Assembly: GCF_020745735.1 (NCBI RefSeq)
Contig: NC_083409.1
Location: 10,700,978 to 10,764,977, forward strand
Origin: Hemiscyllium ocellatum
Taxonomy: Eukaryota
Reading direction: 5' to 3'
DNA: 64,000 bases
The notes under the pieces were generated by a model. The model saw nothing but the letters and a program-made list of their open reading frames with translations. It was not told where the DNA came from and searched no databases. The position numbers and the translations under genes were made by a program. Below are positions 48,728 to 62,069 of this stretch, piece after piece. Each line of letters begins with the position of its first letter. Position 1 is the first letter of the stretch.

Positions 48728-50869
48728 GCTGTGGGAAGGGAACTGTTGCCTCTCAATGACAAAGCCAATGGAAGGATGTGGAGCTGGCAATGTGAAATGT
48801 TAGGGCACAGAGGATGACACCAGAAGCAATTCAATGTTGTCACTCTCTGCTTTGCAATTGCTAAACTAGTAATAATTGGTTTTTGCTCACAATTTGGTCT
48901 CTTGTATTCGATCCACTTGCCTTTCTTGCTTTGCTTCTTTTGACTTGAGTCTGTGGGTAGCTCCATCAAAACCCAATTCCCTCACTCTCATCCAGGCCCC
49001 TGAAGAGATTAGAGACAAAAGAAAGTGCAAATGCTGGAATCCAAGGTTGACAAGCAGGAGGCTGGGAGAACACAGCAAGCCAGGCAGCATCAGGAGGTGG
49101 AGAAATCAATGTTTTGGCTGTAATCCTTCTTCAGGAATGGGGGTGGGTTGGGAGGTGGGGGAATGATGGGGGAGCTGCAGATAAAGGGAGTAGTGGGGGC
49201 AGGGTGGTGAGATGGGGATAGGTGAAGGTAGGTAGAGGATTGGTTGATGGGAGGGATGAATACAAATTACTCTCCATCGACTCATCAGGTCATATTCTCT
49301 ACCATTCTCAACCTATCCCTACCTCAACACCCTGCTCCGCCCCATTCCCTTTATCTCCTTTTCCAATCTTTCCTCATCACAGCCCACTCATTCCAGGGAT
49401 CAATCGGGTAAAATTCCTGTGAACCACCTCCGATGCATTTATATTCTTCCTTCAATAGGGAGACCAAAACTACCCTCAGTATTTGAGATGTGGTCACACC
49501 AATGTCCAGGAATAACTGAAACATCGCAGTCTCACTTTCTGGTCCTTAAGCACGTTTACACTCTCTTGTACCAGGCTTTTTACTGTCCATCTCTAATTGC
49601 CCTGGACCTGGTGGTGATTAGCTGCCATCTTGAACCCCTGCAGTCAGTCTGCTGTTGGTAGACCCACAATGTCATAGGAGGGGAATTCCAGGATTGTGAC
49701 CCAGTGATGATGTAGGAACTGCTTCATATTTCCAAGTCAAACTGGTGAATGACTTGGAGAGGAACTTGCTGGGGTGATGGTCCCGTGTACCTGCTGTCCT
49801 TGTCCAAATATAAGTGGTCATGGGTTTGGAAGCTGTTGTCTCAGGATCTTTGGTGAATCTCTGCAGTGCATCTTGTAAATAGTACACAGAGCTGTTACTG
49901 AGCGTCGGTGTGGGGGAATGCATGTGTGTGAATGTGGTTCCAATCAAGCGGGTAAACTTGTTTTCAACAAAATTTAAATAAAATAATATAAAACAGCATA
50001 AAATTAAATAAAATATAATTTTGCTGCCTTTTTGATAAAACATCACTGAACCCAAAAGTTAAACCTCCTCTCCCACAGAGGCTGCACCCTTTCTCCAGCA
50101 TCGTGCTTCTATTTGAGATTTGCAGTATTTTGTTTATGTATCTGTGTTAATGCCATTGGTTATAAGAGAAGCATTGGTCAGCACACTGGGGAGAGTTTCC
50201 CTGAGATGGTCACAAAGCCCTTATATTCACATCGACCTGAGAGGGCAGTGGTTTAACCGATCATCCAGCAGATGGCGTCTTTGCCTTTGCCAGCCTCAGG
50301 ACAGTGCTCCAGTGTCTGGAGTGGGGCTTGAAACCTGCAGGTTCAGGTGACGGTGTTATCACTGAACCCATCTATTCTTTTCTGGGATGTGGGAGTCACT
50401 GGCAAGACCAGCATTTGTTCCCCATCCCTACCTGTCCTGAAACTGAGTGGCTTCTTTAGCCTTTTAAATGGCAGGTAAGGGTCAGCCACATTACTGGAGT
50501 GCTGTTTTGTACATTCTGTGATACATGGAGACTCTGTCAGTATTGGGTATCGCAAGGTATGTTCCCTCCATTGAACACTTTCCAACACACTCTCTCCATC
50601 TTTCTTTACTCCTTATTGACTCTTCTACAATTGTCCCTGTTCCCCAACCCGCCCGGTCCAGAGGGATTGATGGCCGGAGTTCATGACCCCGCACTGTGTG
50701 AAGGTTGGTGTGAAGTGAGGCCAGTGTGTTGGAGATTGGGCTCCTGCCTCAGGACCAGGTGTTGGGGCCTGTTCAACAATCTGCACATTGTCCTTTTCCT
50801 CTTTCTGAATGAACTGGATCAAGTTGCAGTAAGAGCTGGCGACAAGGTGTCTTGTCTAAAATGTTTCCA

Positions 50870-51960
50870 GCATTGGGCACAGAACTGGCTGAGTAGGAGG
50901 AGACAGAGGGCAGTGATGGGGGGATGGTTTTCAGAATGGAGGGCTGTGACTCGTGGTGTTCCACAGGGAACTCTGCTGTATATGGTCTACATAAATGATT
51001 TGGAGGAAAGCGTAGCTGGTCTAATTAGTAATTTTACAATTGATACAAAGATTGGTAGAAGTGCAGAGAATGAGAAGGATTATCTAGGATATAGCAGGAT
51101 AGAGATAGGATGCTTGGACAGAAAAATGGCAGGTGTAGTTTAATCCAGACAAATGTGAGGTGATGCATTTTGGAAGGTGATGTACAGGTGGGAATTATAC
51201 AGTGAATGACAGAATCCTTTGGAGTATTGATATGCAGAGGGATCTGGGTGTGTATGTTCACAGATCACTGAAGGTGCCAGCACAGGGAGGTAAGGCAGTA
51301 AAAAAGGCTGATGGCCTGGTTGCCTTCATTGGAGGGGCATTGAGTGTAAGGACAGACAAGTTATGCTGCAGCTTTATAGAACTTTAGTTCGGCCACACTT
51401 GGAATAGTGCACACAGTTCTGGTTGCATAGAACTGCACACAGTCCAAAAAGAAGGATGTGGATGTTTTGAAGACGGTGCAGAAAATGTTTACCAGGATAT
51501 TGTCTGGTATGGGGGGATTGTAGTTCTGAAGAAAGGTTGGAGAGACTGAGTTTGTTTTCACTGGAATGCAGGAAAATGAGGTGCGTCCTGATAGAAGTTT
51601 ACAGAGTTGTGAATGGGATAGGCAGAGTGGAAATAATGAGACTTTTTCCCAGGGTGGAGGGGGTCAAATACTAGGGGACGCAGGTTCAAGGTGCAGGGGT
51701 TTGGGGGAATTCATTGTAAAGAGGTGTACAAACCAAGTATTTCACACAGAGGAAGTTGACTACCTGGAACACACAGCCAGAGGAGGGGGTGGAAGCAGAC
51801 ACAATAGAAGTATTCAAGAAATTCCTGCACTAATGCATGAATAGGAAGGGAATAGAGGGATATGAATCCTGTCGATGAAGATAGTTTCAGTATAGAAGGG
51901 CAAAATGTATCAGCACAGGCTTGGAGGGCGAAGGGCCTGTTCCTGTGCTGTATTGTCCCT
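50870..51960 (+). mobile_element. CR1 RT/3' fragment (inverted paralog at about 54150-55120)
   Basis: WRAVTRGVPQG...YINDLEE; mirrored copy on the other arm. Confidence 0.8.
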
Positions 51961-52544
51961 TGTTCTTTGGTCCCTGCTGTTGAATTGGATTCTCGGGAGC
52001 CAGCTCCATATGAAGAGCCTGTTCTCATTCTTTTGTTGGAGTTCATGGGGCAGCTGCTGCTTCCTTGTTACGTCACTGATCAAACCAACAATGGGGAAAG
52101 CCTCTTGATATTTTAAATACACTGTCTGCAGGAAAATGTTTGGCTGAGGTTTTAATATTGTTTAATAAGATAATGACATCAATACACCAGTGTTCTTTAC
52201 GGCTGGGAGCATTTAACATCATAGTCCTTGTTTCAAGTGGACTCTCACTCATGATAATACAGTTTTCAATGTTTCTCTCCCTTTATGTGTTATGAAGAGA
52301 TTTGCCAACATGTTTTGGTGAGGACAGTGCATCTTCATTGGAGGATTGGAAGATGATATCTTCAGGACACACACACTAAACAACCCCACCACCCTGTGGC
52401 CGACCATTTCAACTCCCCATCCACTTGCTAAGGATATGCAAGTCCCTAGGCCTACTCCACCGCCAAATTGAAGCCATCTAACAACTGGAGGAAGAACACC
52501 ACATCTTCCACCTTGAGACCCTCCAATGACACGGAATGAATGTT

Positions 52545-53160
52545 ATAGAGTCATAGAGTCATAGAGATGTACAGCATGGAAATAGACCCTTCAGTCCAAC
52601 CCGTCCATGCCGACCAGATATCCCAACCAATCTAGTCCCACCTGCCAGCACCCGGCCCATCTCCCTCCAAACCCTTCCTATTCATATACCCATTCAAATG
52701 CCTCTTAAATGTTGCAATTGCACCAGCCTCCACCACATCTTCTGGCAGCTCATTCCATACACATACCACCCTCTGCGTGAAAAGTTGCCCCTTAGGTCTC
52801 TTTTGTATCTTTCTCCTCTCACCCTAAACCTATGCCCTCTAGTTCTGGACTCCCCAACCACTGGGAAAAGATGTTGTCTATTTATCCTATCCATGCCCTT
52901 CGTAATTTTGTAAAACTCTATCAGGTTATCACTCAGCCTCTGATGCTCCAGGGAAAACAGCACCAGCTGTTCAGCCTCTCCCTGTAGCTCCGATCTTCCA
53001 ACCCTGGCAACATCCTTGTAAATCTTTTCTGAACCCTTTCAAGTTTCACAACATCTTTCCGATAGGAAGGAGACCAGAATTGCATGCAATATTCCAGCAG
53101 TAGCCTAACCAATGTCCTGTACAGCCGCAACATGACCTCCCAACTCCTGTACTCAATACT
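52545..53160 (-). mobile_element. CR1 3' fragment
   Basis: YRSWEVMLRLYRTLVRLLLEYCMQFWSP; GAGTCATA tail. Confidence 0.88.
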
Positions 53161-53164
53161 CTGA

Positions 53165-53470
53165 ATGTTGATGTTACTTGTTTCCTCATCTCCACTCCCC
53201 CAGCTTATCCCAGATCCAACCCTCCAACTCGGCACCACCCTTTTGAACTGTCCTACCTGTCCATCTTCCTTCCCACCTATCCACTCCACCCTTCACTCTG
53301 ACCTATCACTGTCACCCCCCCACCTCCACGTACCTATTGCAATCTTCATTACATTTTCCCCAGCCCCAATTCCCTCCTATTTATCTCTCTGACTCCTCAC
53401 TCCCTCCTCTCCATTCCTGATGAAGAGCTTATGCTCAAAACGTCGACTCTCCTGCTCCAGGGATTCTGCC
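53165..53470 (+). mobile_element. Penelope-like terminal repeat fragment with a mutated hammerhead core
   Basis: CTGATGA-A-GAGC-TTAT-GCTC-AAAACGTC at 53417-53444 (G12 replaced by A). Confidence 0.7.
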
Positions 53471-55584
53471 TAACCAGCGCTACATGATTTCACTCTGTGC
53501 TGTGGTAACAGTGTGTTAAAGCCCAGTGCAGGTCATCCGTCATCTCAATCAGATCACAGGGTCTAAGGTGGGTCAGTAATGTCTGGCCCCAGAACAATAA
53601 CACTGACTGACTGGAGACAACCCAGATCAAGTCCCAGTGAGAGTGTTATTGACCTTCACACTCAAAGCCCACCAAGGAGGTGGTTGTTGTTAGTTTCAAT
53701 GTTGCCACAGATTAAATTCTCCCAGAGATTCATAATTCATTCCAGATTTTAAACAAGGGAGGGATGTTGTGGGGAGACAGATGGGAAGGCATGGAGAGGA
53801 AACAAAAAGGAGAGAGAATTGCCCTTCTGTTACACTGTTCATGAGCTCAGGATGTTCAAAGATGTTTTACAGCTAATGGAGAAATTCCAAAGTCTAGTCA
53901 TTGTTGTAATATGGGCGGGGGAATGACAGCTCCCCGAACAGAAGGAATGCAAAAACTGCTATCACTATGAGAGTGGAAAGGTCGGGTGGAGACAATGACA
54001 GTGACACCCTCCACAGAGAGAGAGGGGAAAGTACGCAGACACATTTAAAAACTGTATTAACACAAGTGAGAAATCAAACAAACACCCACTTCATCATGAG
54101 TCTTCCTGCATTGTTGGTTTGAATCCAATTCAACAGCAGGGACCAAAGAACAAGGAACTATACAGCACAGGAACAGGCCCTTCGGCCCTCCCAGCCTGTG
54201 TTGACACATTTTGCCCTTCCTCACCGAAACTGTATTCACCTACAGGATTCATATCCCTCTATTCCCTTCTTTTCCGTGTATTCATCCAGGTATTTCTTGA
54301 ATGCTGCTATTGTGTCTGCTTCCACCACTTCCACTGGCAGCGTGTTCCAGCCCTCACCACCGTTTGTGTGAAATACTTACCTCACACATCTGTTTTAATT
54401 CCCCACTGCACCCACCCACCCCTCCCACACCTTGTACCTGTGTCCCCTAGTAACTGACCCCTCTACCCTGGGAAAATCCCTCATATCAGACAGCATTCTT
54501 GGTACATTTTTTCAGTACCCTCTCCAAAGCATCCACATCCTTCTGGTCATGGTGACCAGAACCATATGCAATATTCCAAGTGTGGCCAAACTAAAGTTCA
54601 GTAAAGCTGCAGTATAACTTGTCTATCCTAATACTCAGTGCTCCTCCCAATGTAGCCAAGCCTGCCATTGCCTTTTTTACTACCTTAGGTGCTGCCACCA
54701 TCAGTGATCTGTGAACATGTACACCCAGATCCCTCTGCATTTCAATACTCCAATGGATTCTGCCATTCACTGTGCAGGTATTCTGCCACGTGCTTCATCT
54801 TTCAAAATGCATCATTTCACATTTATTTGGATTAAACTTCATCTGCCATTTTCTATCCATGCATCCAATTGATCTATGTCCTGCTGTATCCTCTGATAAT
54901 CTGATCATTAACTGCAACTCCAGCAATCTTTGTGGCATCCACAAACTCATGAATTAGACTAGCCATGTTTTCGTCCAAATCACTTATGGAGACCATGGAC
55001 AGCAAAGGTACCATCATTGATCCCTGCAAAACCCCACAAGACACAGCCCTCCATTCTGAAATCCATCCTTCCATCATACCCTCTGTCTCCTCTGACACAG
55101 CCAGTTCTGTCCAATGCTGGGAACATTTTAGACAAGACACCTTGTTGCCAGATCGTTACTGCAACTTGATCCAGTTCATTCAGAAAGAGACAAAGGACAA
55201 TGTGCAGATTGTTGAACAGGCCCCTACACCTGGGCCTGAGGGAGGGGCCAAGCTCCAATACACTACACATGAAATTAAGACAGAGTGGGGTCATGACGTC
55301 TGTCCATATGTTCCTTTGGGACCGGAAAGGAGTGAGGAAATAGAGGCAATTGTAGAAGAGTCAATAAGGATTAAAGCAAGATGGAGAGCGCGTTTTGGAA
55401 AGGGATTAGTGGAGAAAATATACTTTTTGCCACCCAACGTTGACATAGTCTCCGTGTATCACATCATGAATAAAATAGCACACTGTGAGGACAATCAAAA
55501 GTTACACCAAAGTGCTTATTTTTGATATATCACAGCATGCAGAGCATTTTTATTGTGGTGCAATTAGGTATCCTGGTTCAAAAG

Positions 55585-55585
<1 letters not shown>

Positions 55586-55622
<37 letters not shown>
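55586..55622 (+). repeat. (CT)n microsatellite
   Basis: Direct reading. Confidence 0.95.
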
Positions 55623-55626
<4 letters not shown>

Positions 55627-57650
55627 GTTTGTACAGATCAGCTGGTTCGATCCTCACAGAGCCCCAGTTTATTTGGACTGTTCAGTAATGTGGAAATGTC
55701 GATGGTGGACTGGGGTACACCTGATAAAGGAGCAGCGCTTCAGAAGCTTGTGATTTCAAATGAATCAGTTGGGCTAGAACCTGGTGTAGTGAGTCCTCTG
55801 ACTTTGTATTGTTCAGGCACAGTGAAACAGCTGCTTTCTAGTTACTATGGAGGACTTGCACAGCTGCTGAAGACTATGGGTAATGACTCCTTCCATTAGC
55901 TGCAAACACACCAGTAGTCATTCCAGTGGATTCCAGTGGGAATGACCAATCAGTTGCTTTGACCTAGTTCCCCAGTTAATCAGGCCATGGCTGACCTGGA
56001 ATACATTCTCCCTTTGTCCTGTAAACCGTACTGCCCTGAGAAAATGGATATTGAAACCCAACCTCAACAGCTTTTTATTTTGGATTGAGGGTTCCAGATT
56101 TCCATCACTCTGTCGGAAAGAAATTTTCCTGAAATCGTCTGAATTACAATTTTAACAACCCTCTTGTTCTGGACTCTGGGACTGGAAAAACAATTTACAT
56201 CAACACTGTTCATCACCTCTGGGGAAAAGTCTCACTGATGTAACCTGTTCTTTCTCATTACCAGTTTCTGATCTGAAGGTGACATCACAGGCTGGATACT
56301 GAGAGGGTGGATCCTGTTATCGGGCAGACGAGGACTGGAGGGCAGGTTTTAACACAAACCAGTCTCCAGTTTAAAGGGAAGGAGGGTTTTCTTGCTGAGG
56401 ATTGATAGTCTGTGGAATTCTCTTCTCTACATGGGGATGGAGGTTCACTCATGGAGTTGGCACAAGGTTACAGTCGACAGACTTTTTGATGAACAAGGCA
56501 ATTAAGGATAATGGGAGGGGGTGGGGAAGCAGAAAGTACGGGCGAGACCATAACCAGATGAGCAGTGATCTTTCATTGGCACAGCAGCTCCCAAAAGGCC
56601 TGCTCCTGCTCCTGGGCCCTATGTTCTGACAGAGGCTGCAGCAATCTGGACCCCCATCTTTCCTTTGTCACTCACTGACAAAAAATGTAATTTAAAATGA
56701 AAATTATTTTTTTGAACAAGACCAACTCAATTCTTGTTGCAGTCATTTTCTTTGCTGGCTTTTAATTTCAACAGGGTTTTAGAAACACGTCATTTGTCTT
56801 ATGTTGCAGTGGAGACAGACACAAGGCAGTGAGGCCTCAGAGAACACCGAGAGCTTTCACTCTGCACAACAAGGCTGTCAGCACAAGCATCTGGTGACAG
56901 GATTGTAGGGGTTGAAAAGGAGAGAGTCACGGAGAAAAGAGACCTTATAGTTCAAAATAAAACCTCTTCTATATTCCCACACTTTAATGAATTAATGTTA
57001 GAGGATTAGAAACCCAGACGGTGAGAGTGTGCTGGCTCAGAGGCTAAAAGGCAGAGAGCAAGGAGCTGCATTATTCCTTCTCATTATTATTTCTGCTTCA
57101 TCATTGGTGAGCTTCATAAATATTGCCCACCCCCAGTTGCTTGGACGAAGTTCTTTGCTGAGCCAGATCATGGGGTCATTAAAAATGGATCATGTCACGG
57201 TGGGGCAGGAGTCACAGACCAGGCACCCTCGCCAAAAGAACATTTGTGAACATCACATTGAATTTCATGTCTTTTTTTGTACAAATTCCAGCGCCTTCCT
57301 TTCCAGATATTACATGGCTCCACCCGCCCTCTCCAGGACAATTAGGGGAAGGCAACCAATAACCAACACGTCAACGCCCGCCCCATCCGGGAGAAATCAG
57401 GAGAAATGATGTAAAATTAAAATGATCAAACTGGTGAGGCTTGAATTCATCTCTTTGAAAGACTGGACTCTCGGTCAGAAACAGAGCCATGACATGGGTG
57501 AACCTGGTTTGTCAGACTGAAAGGTGGAGAGTCCTTTGGATTGACGCTGGGATCAGCAAAAAAATGAATTGCACTCAAAGATTGAACAAACAGCTATCAA
57601 AGTGGGTCACCAAACTGCAGAGTACAGCACTTGCAGCGACGCGTCCCCAC

Positions 57651-57958
57651 CACGGTGGCACAGTGGTTAGCACTGCTGTCTCACAGCGCCTGAGACCCGG
57701 GTTCAATTCCCACCTCAGGCGACTGACTGTGTGGAGTTTGCACGTTCTCCCCGTGTCTGCGTGGGTTTCCTCCGGGTGCTCCGGTTTCCTCCCACAGTCC
57801 AAAGATGTGCGGGTCAGGTGAATTGGCCGTGCTAAATTGCCCGTAGTGTTAGGTAAGGGGCAAATGTAGGGGTGGGGTGGGTTGCGCTTCGGCGGGTCGG
57901 TGTGGACTTGTTGGGGCGAAGGGCCTGTTTCCACACTGTAAGTAATCTAATCTAATCT
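57651..57958 (+). mobile_element. HE1/V-SINE, well preserved
   Basis: A box TGGCACAGTGG, B box GGTTCAATTCC, V-domain, (TAATC)n tail. Confidence 0.95.
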
Positions 57959-58789
57959 CTCTCCTTGCTGTTGCCCTCCCTAACTGTCCTGGAGAGGGCG
58001 GTGGTGAGCCATGAGTTTCTCGAAGAGAATCTGACAGAGGGACAAGGTCATGTCCTCGGCCTGAGCACAACTGCCTGACCTGCTGTGCTTTTCCAGCACC
58101 ACACTTTTTGACTCTGAGTAAACTATCCTTCAGGAGAATGAGCTGTGGCACATGGGAAAACCTGGGAGTATTGGAAAGGCATCAGCAGCCTGGTCAGCCT
58201 GCAGAGGGGCAGAAACAGATTTGATGAATGAGATGATATCCTTTCAGAGCTACACAGTTTACATTGTTACTGACGGTGACTCCATGGGCAATGCTCCTGC
58301 TTCAGAGTCAAATGGTCATTGCATTGAAAGCCACCTCAGAAATGAGAACACAGAATCCAGGCTGAGACTGCAGTGAACTCTGACACAATGTTATGTATGG
58401 GATGTTCATTTAAAGCCCCACCAGCACCACCCAGACCCCAATCCCTCCACCTCAGGGGGCTCGACAAGATCCCATTCTGAAGAGATTCCCTCAGGTATCC
58501 TGCTCAATATTCAACTAATGCCACCAAAAGGATTTGTCTCATCATTCGTTTGCTGATTTTGGGACCTCAGCATTTTGTCTTGTGAAGGTGATTGCACTGT
58601 GCAGGCAGCTTTAAATATCCTGGGACGATTACAAAATAACACTGCACCAACAAGTGTTCTCTCTTCCTGTCACATAACAGGGGAGTAAATCAGTAACTGA
58701 AAATCCACACTGAAGGCAAACACTGAAGCTTCAGCTGAAAGGCTTTTTGCACCACGTTAACCTGCGCCCTGGGCATTTCCTTCCAGTGT

Positions 58790-60320
58790 CCGAGATCGTT
58801 ACCAGGCTGGGATGGAGGCTTACAGGAGGCTGGAAGAACACAGCAAGTCAGGCAGAATCTGGAGGTGGAGCAGTCAACATTTCGGGTATAACCCTTCTTC
58901 AGAACTGCAGGTGGGGGTAGGGGGAGCTGCAAATCAAGGTGGGATCGGTTGTTTGCGTGGGTGGAGGGGAATGGTGGAGTGGAAGGTATTGATGGATGAA
59001 CACAGGTAGAGGGTTGGAAGTGCTTAGTCGATGGGAGGAATGAATCCATTTGGTGGCTGGAAGGGAGGGTCCGTAAGTGGAATAGAATGGAGGAGGGGGA
59101 CTGGAAAGGGAGTCGAAAGTTGGGAAAGGCAGGCTTTTTGAAACTGGAGAACTCAATGTTGATTCCTCTGGGTTGTAAGCAACCCCGGGCAAAAGATAAT
59201 TATTTGTTCCTCCAATTTGCAGTCTGATTGCTTATGGTAATGGAGGAGGCAGAGGATAGTCATGTCAGAGAGGGAATAGGAAGGGGAATTGAAATAGGCA
59301 GTGACTGGGAGGCCAGGTCAGCCTTTGTGAGCCTGGCTGAGATGCTCATCAAAACATGTCCTTAGTTTACGTTTGGTCTCACCGATGCAGAGAAGACCAC
59401 AACGGGTGCACCGGATACAATAAACTAGGTTGGAGGAGAGGCAGGTGAACCTCTGTCTGACCTGGAAGGACTGGGGCCCTGGATGGAAATGACAGGGTTT
59501 GGTGTGTGGGCAGGTTTTGCATCTTTTACAGTTGCAGGGGAAGGTACCAGGGTTTTGTTGGGGGAGGAGGGGGTAGGTGTGAAGTGTGGTGAAAACCAAG
59601 GATTGGCAAAGGGAACAGTCCTTGTGGAAGGCAGAGGGGGTGGGGGGGGAAGGGAAGATGTTCTTGATAGTGGGGTCGAGCTGGAGTTGTCAGAATTGTT
59701 TGAGGATGATACGTTGGATGCGGAGATTGATTGGACGTAAGGTGAAGACAAGGGGGACCCTGTCTCTATTGCATTTTGGAGGGGAGTGTTTAGATTTGGG
59801 GAGCAGAGAATGGAGGAGGTGCGGTGGAGGGCTTTCTGGATGGCAGAGGTGGGAAAAGTACATTGTTCAAAATAAGTGGACATCTGGGACACTTGGGAGG
59901 GGAGCATCTCCTCGTTCGAGCAGATATTACGGAGATGGAAGAATTGGGAAAACGGGGTGGTGTTCTTGCAGGATACTGGTTGGGAGGAGGTGTTGACCAG
60001 GTAGTTGTGTGAGTCTGTGGATTTACAGTAAATGTCTGTTCCTAGACTGTCACCGGAGATGGAAATGGGGCGGTCAAGAAAGGAGAGGGATTTGTCCAAG
60101 ATAGACTACGTGAATTTGAGGGCAGGTTGGAAGTTGTTAGCAAAGTTGATGAACAGCTCCAGTTCAGCCTGAGTGCAGGATGCAGCACTGATGCAGTCAC
60201 TGATGTAATGGTGGAAGATTTGGGGAACGGTGCCTGTGCATGTACTGGTGAGGTGTTGTTTGATGTAGCCGACAACAAGCAGACATAGCTGGGACCCATG
60301 GCCACCCACTGGATTTGGAG
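58790..60320 (-). mobile_element. Penelope-like element: RT C-terminal half, GIY-YIG endonuclease, terminal repeat
   Basis: FINFANNFQPALKFT; LSFLD...TDIYCKSTDSHNYL...PFSQF; FTCLSSNLVYCIRCTRCGLLCIGETKRKL...EH. Confidence 0.9.
58870..58908 (-). ncRNA. Minimal type I hammerhead ribozyme in the Penelope terminal repeat
   Basis: GCAGUU-CUGAAGA-A-GGGU-UAU-ACCC-GAA-AUGU-U/GACUGC: core intact, 4-bp stem II, 6-bp stem I, self-complementary stem III. Confidence 0.7.
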
Positions 60321-60599
60321 GAAATGGGAAGAGTTGAAGGAAGCTGACAGATCACATGGAAATGTTTGGAAAAGGTTCACAAGGACACAGTCCAGGCTTC
60401 CTGCAAATATCAGCCTTCCTTCTATTGAAGTGCTTCTTCATAGGAGCTTCTCTATGGCGGTTTCAAGTACACATCTCCGTGGAAATATCACAGACTTTCT
60501 GAAATGGAATGAACTGAAAGAAGAGAAGGAAATGGGAAGAATTAACCAGACAAGGGTGAGCATCAAGAGAGATGGGAGTGTGTGGGAGACTCTGTGCCA

Positions 60600-61090
60600 T
60601 TAAAAAATCCCAAAGGAGTTTCACAAGAAAAGCTCAAATCTTTACAAGGATATAACAGGGAGATGACTTACTGACATCAAACAGGTTGGGTGTTAGGGAC
60701 CCTGTGCCTCTGGTGCCTAACTCTATATGAGACAACAGTCAAGGATGGTTGATGTGTAAATAAAGGGTGACTTGATGATGTGGAGTTATTTCATGATCAA
60801 TGACCGCGGGCATAGATTTAAGGGAAATGGCAGAAGATTAAGAGGGAATGTGAGGAAACACGCTTTCATGCAGAAGGTGGTGGTAATTTGTAACTTGCTT
60901 TCTGTAAGGGTAGTTGAGGCAGAAGCTCTCCCATAACATTGATGTACTTTGATGTGCAGCTGTGATGCCAAGGTTTACAGGGCTGCGGGCCAACTGCTGG
61001 AACATGGAATTAGAATAGTGAGGTGGTTGTTCGACTGGCTTTGGCTCATTGGGCCGAAGGGCCTTGTTCTTGTAGACCTGTTGTAGATGT
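60600..61090 (+). mobile_element. CR1 3' fragment
   Basis: Degenerate RT C-terminus and GGGCCGAAGGGCCT tail. Confidence 0.7.
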
Positions 61091-62069
61091 CTGACTCTGC
61101 CAGGACTCCAGCAATGTGGCTGACCCTTACCTGCCATTTGAAAGGCCGAGCAAGCCACTCAGTTTCAGGGCAGTTAGGGATGGGGAACAAATGCTGGTCT
61201 TGTCAGTGACACCCACATCCCAGGAAAGAATAGACGGCCTCAGTGGTAACACCGTCACCTGAACCTGCAGGTTTCAAGCCCCACTCCAGACACTGGAGCA
61301 CTATCCTGAGGCTGGCAAAGGTAAAGACGCCATCTGCTGGATGATCGGTTAAACCACTGCCCTCTCAGGTCGATGTGAATATAAGGGCTTTGTGACCATC
61401 TCAGGAAACTCTCCCCAGTGTGCTGACAATGCTTCTCTATATAACAGATACAAGAGTAAAATACAGCAAATCTCAAATAAAACAAGATGCTGGAGAAAGG
61501 GAACAGGTGCAGCCACATTAGAGAGAGGAGGTAATAATGTTTTGGATTCAGTGATGTTTTATCAAAAAGAAGCCACAGTTTTTGATGATTTTATTTCATT
61601 TTAACCTGTTTTATGTTATTTTATTTTATTTAAATCTTGTTTATCAAATTTCAGCCGGCTTGATTGGCACCACATCGACATATATCCATTGCCCCACACT
61701 GACCCTCAGTAACAGCTGTGAGCACTATCTACAAGATACATTGCAGAGGTTCAGCAAAGATCCTGAGAGAGCACCTTCCAAACCCATGACCACGTCCATC
61801 AAGAAGGACATGGTAGCAGATACACAGGAACACCACTCTTTGCAAGTTCCCTCATTGAAATATATCGCTGTTCCTACATTGTTATTGGGTCAGGCTCATG
61901 GAATTCCCTTCCTCCGCACATTGTGGGTCTACCTACAGCACACAGACTGTAACAGTTCGAGAAAGCAGCTCAGCGCCACTGTGTACATGACAATGAGAGA
62001 TGGACAGTAACAAGGCTGGTGCAAAGTAAGAGCAGGTGTGATTAGGGATCTGAAAGTGAGAATGTGATG

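Larger units (their letters stand above)
46465..52125 (-). repeat. Inverted paralog of the C-downstream flank
   Basis: 46465-47105 = revcomp of about 1465-2098; 48728-49010 = revcomp of 1195-1465; 49350-50500 = revcomp of 61105-62240; 50490-52125 = revcomp of 54035-55490. Confidence 0.92.

Noticed and set aside
56790-56910. Possible orphan exon after TCTTATGTTGCAG
   Set aside because: No recognisable protein similarity, weak donor and no partner exons.
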